Of a DNA stretch of 64,000 nt, positions 10,489 through 20,259 are shown in pieces (position 1 is the stretch's first letter; each line of letters opens with the position of its first letter). A model generated the notes under the pieces. It saw only the letters and a program-made list of their open reading frames with translations, did no database searches and was not told where the DNA came from. The DNA is from an uncultured Planctomycetota bacterium. Lineage in GTDB: Bacteria > Planctomycetota > Planctomycetia > Isosphaerales > Isosphaeraceae. Where the stretch lies: contig CAWGMQ010000003.1 in NCBI GenBank assembly GCA_963823665.1, positions 1,184,001-1,248,000 on the forward strand. Reading direction: 5' to 3'. The position numbers and the translations under genes are program-made.

Positions 10489-11588
10489 GAGCTTGGCTCC
10501 TGCTCGGGACGATCGGCGTGCGACGCATCGGCCGCCTGGGAGGGGACCGATATGCCCAGCGCGGCAAGCTGTGCCATCAGCTCGCGAAACTGCTTGTGCA
10601 TTTCCGGGAGTCGCGCGATCACCTGGAAAAGGCGTCGTTGCTCGCGAACGGGAATGGCAGGAGAGCCGAGCACGTTCTGACCGTCCGGAATACTTCGATG
10701 CACGCCGGCCTGTGCCCCGACGATCACGCGATGGCCGATCTGGGTATTGTCCTTGATCCCGGCCTGACCGGCGATCACGACGTAGTCGCCCGTCTTGCAG
10801 CTTCCGGCCAAGCCTACCTGGCCGCAGAGAAGATTGTGGCGGCCAATTTGATTGTTGTGGCCGATCATGACGAGGTTATCGATCTTCGTTCCTTCGCCGA
10901 CGCGCGACGTCTCGAACGTCGCGCGGTCGATCGTGCAGTTCGACCCGATCTCCACGTCAGAATCGATTTCGAGTCGACCTGTGTGCGGGATCTTCATGTG
11001 GCGGCCGTCGATCTGGCGATAACCGAAGCCATCACCGCCGAGCACAGTTCCGGAATGCACTTCGACCCGATCTCCCAAAACGACATCGGCATAGAGCACC
11101 GCGTTTGGGTGGATGATGCAATCCTTTCCCAGGCGGCAGCGATCGCTGATGACAACTCCGGGATAAAGCGTGGAGCCGTCGCCCAAGACGGCCGCGTCCC
11201 CCACGTAAACGAAGGGGTAGATTGCCACATCTTGACCGACCTGGGCGGTTGGCGCGACGCAGGCGAGCGGATGGATGCCGGTCCACCGGGGTGCGACACC
11301 GCCATTCAAGTGGGTGCGAACGGCCACGAATGCCGCGATCGGATCATCGACTTCGATCACGGTCAAGCTGGCGTTCGAGTCCTGCCTGCCGAGATTGAAA
11401 TGAGGTCCAACGATCGCCGCGGAGGCCGGCGAGGCTTTCAACAGCTTGACGAAACGCTCGCTCTCAATGAACGTGATATCGCCCGGTCCGGCTTCGGCTA
11501 CCGTTCGCGCCGAACGGATCGCGAGAGTTCCGTCTCCGACGAGACGGCCGTGCACCAGTGCCGCGAGTTGTTCCACCGTTGCTACCAC
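10485..11588 (-). CDS. lpxD: UDP-3-O-(3-hydroxyacyl)glucosamine N-acyltransferase
   Basis: Hexapeptide repeats, GGDGFGY, EIGSNCTIDRA and KIDNLVMIGHN. GTG start at 11588 after AAGGA. Confidence 0.95.
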   Translation of the reverse strand: MVATVEQLAALVHGRLVGDGTLAIRSARTVAEAGPGDITFIESERFVKLLKASPASAAIVGPHFNLGRQDSNASLTVIEVDDPIAAFVAVRTHLNGGVAPRWTGIHPLACVAPTAQVGQDVAIYPFVYVGDAAVLGDGSTLYPGVVISDRCRLGKDCIIHPNAVLYADVVLGDRVEVHSGTVLGGDGFGYRQIDGRHMKIPHTGRLEIDSDVEIGSNCTIDRATFETSRVGEGTKIDNLVMIGHNNQIGRHNLLCGQVGLAGSCKTGDYVVIAGQAGIKDNTQIGHRVIVGAQAGVHRSIPDGQNVLGSPAIPVREQRRLFQVIARLPEMHKQFRELMAQLAALGISVPSQAADASHADRPEQEPSS

Positions 11589-11877
11589 CGCTTTTTCCTT
11601 TCTTCCTTGAAAGGAGAACTCGAATACCAGGACGTGGCGGCAGTGGGGACCAGATAACGAGAACAGGCCGTTCCCGATCAACCCGCACGGGGTACGGATG
11701 TTCGTGTCGGAGGGCCGGACCGGCGCGACGCATGCTAATCCATGTCGGCAACTGGGGCAAGCCGACTCGAGCGAAGGAACGGGCAATCCGAGCAGAGCGG
11801 ACTAAGTCCATCCGCCGGGCGGCACTGATTGGCGAGGGCAGGCATTGTCACTCGGTGTGGCAAAACTTTTCGTTCCT

Positions 11878-12622
11878 TCACCGCGATTGCAGCCTGCTAT
11901 TGGGACGTTTCTGCGCGAATTTCATTTCGACCAAGGCGGTCAGCACCGGCACGTGCCGCAAGTCGGCAGGGCGGCTTCCCCCGCGATCGATCAAGATGCC
12001 CGAAAGGCCAGCGCGAATTGCGCCCCGGACGTCGTTTTCACTGTCATCTCCGACGCAGAGGACCTCCAGCGCGGGCAGACCGAGATGATTGCACACGGAC
12101 TCGAAGAATAGCGGATGAGGCTTGCGATAGCCGACTTCCGAAGAAATTACGAGTGAATCGACGCAGGCCCGTAATTCGGATAAGCCCTGCACGACACACC
12201 GGAGACGGCTGTCGAAGTTCGACCCGACGCAGACCGATATCCCCATATCGGCCAAGCCCCCGAGCGCGGGCTCGACGTCCGGGAAACATCGCCACGAACC
12301 AGGCTGGCTGAAATGGTCCCAGAGCTCCTCGAAAGCCCGGTCTGGATCCGGCACCTCGGCCAACACCCCGGCCACAATCGCGCCAACGTCGGCGCTCGGT
12401 CTCCTCATCGGTGGAAAAAGCCCCATTACCAGCATGCTCGGCTCCGTGCAGGAAATGATGCTGGAATCGCTCGCGGACTTCGGCAGGGTTGATCGTCACC
12501 CCCTGCCGGCTCGCCGCTGCCGTGTACACCTCAGGAACCGAAGGGACAGGCTTGATTAAAGTCCCAACGGCGTCGAAGACGATACCGCGGATACCATTCA
12601 ATGCCGTTTCAACACCCATCAT
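11878..12622 (-). CDS. HAD-IA family hydrolase (apparent frameshift near 12380)
   Basis: Motif I FDAVGTL lies in ORF 12044..12670; SNFDSRL, KPHP and VGDDSENDV lie in ORF 11878..12435. Restoring 2 nt at TGGCGCGATT joins them. Confidence 0.85.
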
Positions 12623-12998
12623 CGCACTTCGTCGCATACAAGCCGGTCCAGAAGCGTTCAGCCCGAACAATCGAGCTGTGAAGATTCGGAGATACGCAGA
12701 CTGGGCAGTCTATACAGACATTATGGACTGGAAACCGTCAGAGGGAATAGTGGGTGTCCGGCTTTGCGAGATTTGATTGTTCCAGACGGGGAGCATGGCT
12801 GATGAACAAACTTCACCCGCGCTGTCCTTCGATCATCCGGCGTCCTCACATCGCCTCGGTTCCCGCGAGCCACGAGCAGGCGCTTGAGCGGCGGCAGGAG
12901 CTCGACGCATTACAACGAGCGCACAGCGAGCGAGACTCCCACCGCGAAATCCCGCCGGTTCGATCGCGCTGTCCGAGTTGAAGCTGGGATGGCCGTTT

Positions 12999-14054
12999 TC
13001 ACGTGAGCGGTTGGCCAGGGCGGACCAAACCAGCGGTGACGTCGACATCCAGGCTCACGACCTGCCCGGAGGCGAGTTTTGGCAGAGCAATTCCGGCCAT
13101 GGCCGCGTTGTCCGTGCACAGCGCAGCCGGGGGGATGAAGAGCTCGACAGCGCAGGCGACGGCCATCTCACCGAGTTTCTGCCGCATCCGCGCGTTGGCG
13201 GCAACTCCGCCGCCGACTCCGAGCCGCTTCATCCCGGTGCGCTTCAGAGCCTGTCGCGTCTTGGCAACGACGGCGTCCACGACGGCTTCCTGAAAGCTTG
13301 CCGCGAGGTCGCTCACCAGCCCGGGGCTCGGGTCGACCACGACTTCCCGGGCATTCTGGCCGTGAAGGGCGTAGCGGACGGCGGTCTTGAGGCCCGAAAA
13401 GCTCAGCAGGAGCCGCTCGTCGTGCAGGAACGACCGCGGGAAGGCGAACGCCGTCGGACTCCCTTGCTTGGCGACACGTTCGATCTCCGGTCCGCCCGGG
13501 TATCCTAACCCGAGCAGGCTGGCGACCTTGTCAAATGCCTCGCCCGCCGCGTCATCAGTTGTGCCGCCCAGAAACTCGGATTGCGTCGGGCTTTCGCACC
13601 GGAAAAGACTCGTGTGCCCGCCCGAGATCACGAGGCCGACGCACGGGTAGACCTCCCGATCAGGATGTGCGAGCTGGCACGCGTATAGATGGCCCTCCAG
13701 GTGGTCGACGGCGACGAGCGGAATTCCCAGCGCGAGTGCCAATGTCTTTGCGGCGGTCAATCCGACGACCAGTGCTCCCACCAACCCAGGCCGTGTCGCC
13801 ACGGCGACCGCGCCCAGATCGTCCGGCGCAATCCCCGCGCGACGTAGGGCTTCGTCGATCGTGGGCAAGAGCTGGCGGATGTGAGCGCGGGACGCAATCT
13901 CGGGTACGACACCTCCGAAGCGGCCGTGCAGACCGGCCTGCGAGGCGACAACGCTCGAAAGGACGCGCGGCACGCTCGTTGCCGACAGCTCAGTAGCTTC
14001 TAGCACCGCCGCGGCCGTCTCATCGCACGTGGTCTCGATTGCGAGCAGAATCAC
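12999..14054 (-). CDS. tsaD: tRNA N6-adenosine threonylcarbamoyltransferase
   Basis: LAIETTCDET, GGVVPEIASRAH, HLEGH, SGGHT, DDAAGEAFDK, GGGVAAN and CTDNAAM. Confidence 0.97.
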   Translation of the reverse strand: MILLAIETTCDETAAAVLEATELSATSVPRVLSSVVASQAGLHGRFGGVVPEIASRAHIRQLLPTIDEALRRAGIAPDDLGAVAVATRPGLVGALVVGLTAAKTLALALGIPLVAVDHLEGHLYACQLAHPDREVYPCVGLVISGGHTSLFRCESPTQSEFLGGTTDDAAGEAFDKVASLLGLGYPGGPEIERVAKQGSPTAFAFPRSFLHDERLLLSFSGLKTAVRYALHGQNAREVVVDPSPGLVSDLAASFQEAVVDAVVAKTRQALKRTGMKRLGVGGGVAANARMRQKLGEMAVACAVELFIPPAALCTDNAAMAGIALPKLASGQVVSLDVDVTAGLVRPGQPLT

Positions 14055-14129
14055 GCGCGCTTGTCCGATCGAGGCTGAGAGGAAATTGATTGATCAGGAA
14101 ACGGATTCGGAGGACATCCAGTTCCGCAT

Positions 14130-15584
14130 TCAGGCGTTCTTGGCTTTCAGTTCCGCCAATCGGGCGCGGATGATCTCAAGTGCTTTGTCGAGTTGTTTGT
14201 CGACGAACCGAGCGGATGCGGCCCGCGCCTGCGCTGGACTGGGCTTGGTCGAGGCCTTATCCGCGGTCTTACCGTCGGCAGTCTTTTCTGCTGGCTTCTG
14301 CTGATCCTTCTTCTCTTCGGACTTCTCTCCTGTTTTAGCCTGCTCACCCGCCTTGCGATGGCCTTTGGCCAGGGCGCCCCGGTCGCGTTCGCGCCGGGCG
14401 ATGAACCAGTTGACGAATTCGCGATGGTTAAGCTTGACCTCCATCCCGGGGTCGGGCGAGACACCCCACTTGTCCGTCGTCTTGGCGTTCTTGAAGCGGT
14501 GAATGTTCTCTCCCGACGGGCGATAGTAGCTCGCGACGGTCAGCTTGAGGATGCTGCTGCCGCCGTCGAGATCGATCAGGTTTTGGACCGAGCCCTTGCC
14601 GTAGGAGCGCTGACCGACAACGGCGGCCCTTTTGTGGTCTTGTAGTGCCGCCGCGACGATCTCTGACGCCGAAGCCGAGTTCTGGTTGACCATCACGACC
14701 AAGGGTATATCGCTGTTCTCGAACGGGCTGTCCTTCTGCGCCTCGTAATGGCGAGGCTGGGTATTCCTCCCCTTGGTGCTCACAATTTCGCCCTTATCGA
14801 GAAACATGTCCGAAACCTCGACGGCCGCCGAGAGCAGTCCGCCCGGGTCATCGCGCAAGTCCACGATCAGCGCCTTTCCGCCGTCATCCTTGAATTGCTC
14901 GAGCAGTTTCTGGAGCTCGTCGGCGGTGTGCTCGTTGAACCCAGTGATTCGGAAGTAACCGATTTTCTTGTCCTTATCGATCAAGATGTCCCATTGATCG
15001 TTGGGTTTGCGCTGGTCGCCGATCACGCTCGGAATGTTGATAATCGCGCGGGTGAGTGTCACGGTCTCTGGGTCTTCAGAACCTTCGTGCAAAACCGTCA
15101 GCTTGACGTCCGTCCCCGGGCGCCCGGTCAGCACTTCGACCGCCTTGTCCGAGCTCATTCCCTCGGCCGACTTGCCGTCGATCTCCATGATCTGATCACC
15201 CGCCAGGATCCCTGCCTCATACGCGGGCGTGCCCACCATCGGGGCGATCACGAGCAGCCGGCCGCGCTCGTTATCAAAATCAACCTGAATGCCGATGCCG
15301 CCGAATTTGCCTTCGATCTGCCGTCTGAACTGGCGCCATTCACTGGTATTGATGAAAGACGAATGGGGATCCAGGTTCTGGAGCATGCCCTCCAGGGCAT
15401 TTTCGAGTAACTCGCGCCGGGTCACCGGCCGGACATAATTCAGCTCTACCTTCTCGACCGCATCGACGAACAGGCCGTAAAGCTCGAGCATTTCGTCCTT
15501 CGGCTTGGCTCCCTGAGTCGCCTGCCAGCAGCAAACGCTGACCGAGGCGATCAATCCGATCGAGAAAAAACTCCGGCGCAGCAT
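14130..15584 (-). CDS. S41 family C-terminal processing peptidase (CtpA-like, PDZ)
   Basis: LDPHS, GGIGI PDZ motif, DLRDDPGG, SASASEIV and YGKGSVQ. Confidence 0.93.
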   Translation of the reverse strand: MLRRSFFSIGLIASVSVCCWQATQGAKPKDEMLELYGLFVDAVEKVELNYVRPVTRRELLENALEGMLQNLDPHSSFINTSEWRQFRRQIEGKFGGIGIQVDFDNERGRLLVIAPMVGTPAYEAGILAGDQIMEIDGKSAEGMSSDKAVEVLTGRPGTDVKLTVLHEGSEDPETVTLTRAIINIPSVIGDQRKPNDQWDILIDKDKKIGYFRITGFNEHTADELQKLLEQFKDDGGKALIVDLRDDPGGLLSAAVEVSDMFLDKGEIVSTKGRNTQPRHYEAQKDSPFENSDIPLVVMVNQNSASASEIVAAALQDHKRAAVVGQRSYGKGSVQNLIDLDGGSSILKLTVASYYRPSGENIHRFKNAKTTDKWGVSPDPGMEVKLNHREFVNWFIARRERDRGALAKGHRKAGEQAKTGEKSEEKKDQQKPAEKTADGKTADKASTKPSPAQARAASARFVDKQLDKALEIIRARLAELKAKNA

Positions 15585-15976
15585 CGGCGAGTGCCCTCCT
15601 CAATCATCCTGGACGTTCGTGCGTTCACTCTATGGCGACAGAACTTAGGCGTTCGACCCCAAATTCCAGCCAGACGTCGTTCCAGCCCCGAAGTTCGTTG
15701 TTCCTATCTCAAAGTCTAGTCGATCGTTAGCACACTTGGCAAGCGGACGCGAAAATCCTGCCGACGATGCTCTGAGTGGAGTCGCATTCGTTCGGTGTTG
15801 CGAGCAGTCTTCCTGGGCGAATGTCCCGATTTGTCTGGATGCGCGAATCAAACAACACGAGAATAGGGGATCACAGAAGTTCCGCAGAACCGTAAGGAAA
15901 GCACAGGTGCGACTCGGCCGTCTGGATGACGACCGAGAAAACCTGATTCGCGGAGTGCTGGTGCGGGGAGGTTCTC

Positions 15977-16453
15977 ATGTGCACGACAGAAGGCCGGTTA
16001 GCCGCGACGCGACCCTTTGAGCACGCCTCACCCACCGCGACACCAGTATCTGTATCCGCCTCGCGCCGGGCCAAGCTGGAACAGGGCCGTGAGCGGCCGG
16101 CCCGAGTCCTTGTTGTGGACGACAACGTCGACCTGGCCAGAGGATTGGCACGACTCCTTCAGATCCACGGTCACGACGTGCGAATCGCCTTTGACGGTCC
16201 CACCGGGCTTGATGAAGCCAAGAACTCGAGGCCCGACGTTGTTCTCCTGGACATCGGACTCCCCGGCATGGATGGTTATCAATTGGCCGCCCAGCTCCGC
16301 CGGGACGAGACCGTCAAGGACGCCACATTGATCGCGATCTCGGGTTATGGACAAGAGGAAGACCTCCGGCTCGCCAGGGAGGCCGGCTTCGATCACCACC
16401 TGGTCAAACCCATCATTTCCGATGAGTTGATCAAGCTGCTCGAGGAATCTTGA
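15977..16453 (+). CDS. Single-domain response regulator receiver
   Basis: VLVVDDN, VLLDIGLPGMDG, ISGYG and HLVKP. GGAGG SD before ATG. Confidence 0.9.
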   Translation: MCTTEGRLAATRPFEHASPTATPVSVSASRRAKLEQGRERPARVLVVDDNVDLARGLARLLQIHGHDVRIAFDGPTGLDEAKNSRPDVVLLDIGLPGMDGYQLAAQLRRDETVKDATLIAISGYGQEEDLRLAREAGFDHHLVKPIISDELIKLLEES

Positions 16454-16455
16454 CG

Positions 16456-17099
16456 ATGAGCCGCGATCGAACGCTCGGCGCATCCTCGAGAGCGGAATTG
16501 TCGCCGTCGTTCGCGCGGCCACGGGCAAGTCGCTCGTCCAGGTCGCGAGCGCCCTCGCCCAGGGTGGAGTCACTGCGATCGAGGTCACGTTCACCGTGCC
16601 GGGAGCGCTCGACGTGATCCGCCAGGTGAACCAGGAATTCGGCGATTCGATCGTACTGGGTGCCGGCACAGTGCTCGATCCCGAAACCGCCCGCGCCGCC
16701 ATCCTCGCAGGGGCCGAATACATTGTTGCACCCACCCTCAACCACGATGTCATTCGCCTGTGCAGGCGCTATGACAAGGCCGTGATGCCCGGGGCATTCA
16801 CCCCCACTGAAATCCTCTCGGCCTGGGAATCGGGCGCCGACGTCGTGAAGGTCTTCCCCGCAGACTCGGGCGGCCCCGCCTATCTCAAGGCGCTTCGCGG
16901 TCCTCTTCCACATATTCGACTCATGCCTACCGGCGGCGTCGATCTCTCGACAGCCGAGAGCTTCCTGAAGGCCGGTGCCTGCTGCCTCGGCGTCGGATCC
17001 GCTCTGGTCGAGCCCGACGCCGTTTCGGCCGGCGACTTCGACCGCATTCGCGAGCTCGCAGCTCAGTTCATCGCCATCGTGCGACACTACCGAGCCTGA
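16456..17099 (+). CDS. eda: KDPG/KHG aldolase (apparent 1-nt deletion near 16477)
   Basis: ATG 16456 (MSRDRTL) is out of frame with RILESGIVAVVRA...IEVTFTVP, GAGTV, KVFPA and PTGGV. One added base gives 215 codons. Confidence 0.9.
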
Positions 17100-17376
17100 A
17101 ATCCGTGCACATCTCCCAGTGATTACCCACCCCCTGCTGGCTACTCGCCTTATCTAGTTCTCTCAATCGTTTCATTTTAACGCCAAAGCGACGGATTGCG
17201 TCAGTACGGCCGGCCTTCAAGCCGCCTGCGCAAACCATCTGATCCGAACATCCGGTCGATTCATTTCAAGCTTTCAGGGAGTTAAGGTCGATAAACCCGG
17301 CATGTCTATCATTCCGCGCACATGCTGCGAGAGGGTTTCGGCGATCGTCAGCCGGTCAGGAGGAGGGTGAAATCTG

Positions 17377-19169
17377 GTGGGGCCGAAGCGACGGGGAATG
17401 CGCCTGGTACTTGTTGGGCGGAGCTCGGTCGCCTTGGCGGCCAGTTTCTGCCTGATCGGCGCTTGGACCGCGCTGCCACATTGTCTCTCGAGCGTCGCCC
17501 GGGCCGGTGCCGACCAGAACAACGCTCCGCGAATTTATCACAAGGCGCGCAATTTCCGGATCCCGTTCAACTTGAACGCCGACGGCAAGGACCGGGTCAA
17601 AGAGCTGCATCTTCTCGTATCCGACGATTACGGTTACCACTGCGCGCGAGCAGCAAGACGTTTCCGGACCATCCCACCTTCACGTTCCGCTCGCCGCACG
17701 ACGGTGAATACTGGTTCGCGGTTCAGACGCGGACGGTCGACGGCAAGGTCTCGCCCTCCCTCGAATCGACGATTGAGCCGAACCTGAAAGTGGTGGTCGA
17801 TACAATGCCTCCGTCGCTCGTACTCGAACCAGAGGAGAGGCGAGGAAGCCTGGCTTCGGTTCATTGGGAGGTCAAGGACGAGAATCTGAACCTCAAATCG
17901 CTCGTGCTCGAGTACCAGGTCGAAGGGGCGACTTCCTGGCGCAAGGTGCCGACGAGCGCAGTCAAGCAGAGCGGCAGCCGTCGTTGGGATGCGGGCACGG
18001 CCGAAGCGATCAAGGTGCGGGGCTCGATCTCTGACCGCGCCGGCAACGTCAGTGAGGCGTTCGTTGACCTGCCCGAAGGAACCGGCAGCCAGCCGGACCT
18101 CGTGTCAGCGCCAGCCGGGTTCGACGAACCCCCGGGCATGTCCCAGTTTTCAAACGGCGGCGGCTCGGAGATCAGCGCCGGCCCCGGTTTCACGCCCGTC
18201 TCGGAGAGGCCACAGTCTTCCCAGGGAGCGGCGGTCGGATCCCCGCGCCAAGCCCGCGCTTCGCGGACGCGCCCTGCGAGCGACGTCGGACGCGGAGCAC
18301 GAGCAGCGCAGGCAAACCTGGACCGCGACTCGCGTCCGGGCGTGATGGGTCGATCCCAGTCTGGCGAGCCTGATCGGCCGAACGATGACCTCTTTTCGAG
18401 CGGCGGCAATGGAATCGGAGTCGGGGCAACTTTCCCGGCAACCGGGTCTTCCGACGGAGCCAAAACCAGCGCCGGGCCGGGCGCGCGGAACCCGGGCGAG
18501 ACCCTTCTCGTTTCCAGCCCGAAGTTCAAGCTGCAATACGCCGTCGACGACGCCGGGCCCGCTGGGCCGGCGACCGTCGAGCTCTGGATCACGCACGACG
18601 GCGGCCGGACTTGGATAAGGCGCGGCGGCGACGACGACCGAGTCTCGCCGATCAACGTCGATCTCGGGGGCGAAGGGACCTTCGGCTTATGCCTGGTCGC
18701 TCGCTCCGCTTCGGGCCTGGGCGACCAACCCCCCGCGCCGGGAGATCCCCCACAATCCTGGGTGGAAGTCGACTCGACCGCGCCCATCGTCCAGATCCAG
18801 ACCCCGCAGATCGGTACGGGAGTCAATGCCGGAAAGGTCGCGATCGCCTGGAAAGCCAGCGACCTCCATTTGCCGCCCAGGTCTGTGACGCTTTCCTGGC
18901 GCCCCGACGGGCCTGGCGCCCAGTGGCAGACGATCGCGGACGGTCTGGATAACGCCGGCCAGTACATCTGGAACGTTCCGCCGGCCGTGGTCGACCGCTT
19001 CCACTTGAAAGTCGAGGCGACCGACTCCGTCGGCCATCGCGGATCGGCCGACACGACCGAGTCCGGCTCGATCACAGTCGATCGCAGCCGCCCCCGCAGC
19101 CGGATCATCGGCCTGGACTCTAACGCCCATTCCGGCATCATCGGCGCCGAGCCGCGCCCGGTGCGGTGA
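17377..19169 (+). CDS. Secreted hypothetical protein with Ig-like beta-sandwich modules and a disordered linker (apparent 1-nt deletion near 17642)
   Basis: AGGAGG SD. Signal peptide and NFRIPFN are in ORF 17377..17787, continuing as FTFRSPHDGEYWFAVQT...GQYIWNVP in ORF 17322..19169. Confidence 0.7.
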
Positions 19170-19185
19170 CACGCAGTAAGTTGCC

Positions 19186-20181
19186 TCAAATCGCCGGCCC
19201 CAATAGCTCCTTGATCGCTTCGCGCTCGCCCGTCAGCTCGGCGGCCGACGCATCCAACCGCTTCCTCGCATCGGCGTCGATCGACACCCCCTGCACGATC
19301 GACCAGTCGCCGGCTCCCTTTGAAACCAGCGGGAAGCTGTAAATCAATCCACGAGGAATATCGTAGCTTCCGTCCGAGAGCACCGCCGCGCTGAAACAAT
19401 CGCCGGAGGGGGTCGCCGAAGTGATCGATCGCAGGCTGTCCACGATCGCATTCGCCGCCGATGCGGCTGACGACGCGCCGCGGGCTTTGATCACGGCCGA
19501 GCCGCGCTTCGCGACCGTTGGAATAAAAGTCTCCTCGAACCACGCTGCCTCCGGAATGACCTCCGTCGCTGCCCGGCCGTTGATCTTCGCATTCTTGTAG
19601 TCCGGATACTGCGTGTCGCTGTGATTGCCCCAGATCGTCATCCGGCTGACCGCGCTCACAGGTGCGCCGGCCTTCTTTGCCAGCACGGCCGCCGCACGGT
19701 TCTGGTCCAAACGCGTCATCGCAAACCAGCGATCGCTCGGAACCTTCGGAGAATGAGATCGCGCGATCAAACAATTGGTGTTGCACGGATTGGCCACCGT
19801 CAACACCCGGACCGCCGGCCCAGCCGCACTGTTGATCGCCTTGCCCTGCCCCGTGAAAATCGGGCTATTCGCCCTGATCAGGTCCCCGCGCGACTGTCCC
19901 TCCTTGCGGGGCAACCCTCCGACCAGCACCACCCAGTCCGCCCCGTCAAACGCCTGCTCCGGCTTGTCGGTCGCGATCACGCTGCGCAAAAGCGGGAACG
20001 CACAATCCTCAAGCTCCATCAAGGTTCCATCAAGCGCCGGCAGCGCCGGCGTGATTTCGAGCAGTTGAAGCGAAATCGGTTGGTCCGGCCCGAACGCAGC
20101 CCCCGAGGCCAATCGAAAAAGCAATGCGTATCCGATCTGCCCGCCGGCGCCGGTGACGGCGACGCGAATGGGTTTAGTCAT
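19186..20181 (-). CDS. mdh: Malate dehydrogenase
   Basis: VAVTGAGGQIGY, MELEDCAFP, VANPCNTN, MTRLDQNRA, IWGNHS and ARGASSAASAA. Confidence 0.97.
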   Translation of the reverse strand: MTKPIRVAVTGAGGQIGYALLFRLASGAAFGPDQPISLQLLEITPALPALDGTLMELEDCAFPLLRSVIATDKPEQAFDGADWVVLVGGLPRKEGQSRGDLIRANSPIFTGQGKAINSAAGPAVRVLTVANPCNTNCLIARSHSPKVPSDRWFAMTRLDQNRAAAVLAKKAGAPVSAVSRMTIWGNHSDTQYPDYKNAKINGRAATEVIPEAAWFEETFIPTVAKRGSAVIKARGASSAASAANAIVDSLRSITSATPSGDCFSAAVLSDGSYDIPRGLIYSFPLVSKGAGDWSIVQGVSIDADARKRLDASAAELTGEREAIKELLGPAI

Positions 20182-20259
20182 GGTCTAGAGCTCCATCGAA
20201 TAGTAACCAGTGCAACGCACTCGATTCTAATTCGCCGAAGCGCCTTGCGGGAGGGCGCA

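Noticed and set aside
15977..16453. Receiver domain as a truncated hybrid kinase
   Set aside because: It has its own GGAGG SD and ATG, and no kinase motifs are visible upstream.
17861..19786. Long antisense or alternative-frame ORFs (also 433..1389, 2875..4224, 10383..11657, 26547..27941, 30864..32396, 54001..55185)
   Set aside because: They shadow well-supported genes, are Arg/Pro/Ala-rich without motifs, and are expected in high-GC DNA.
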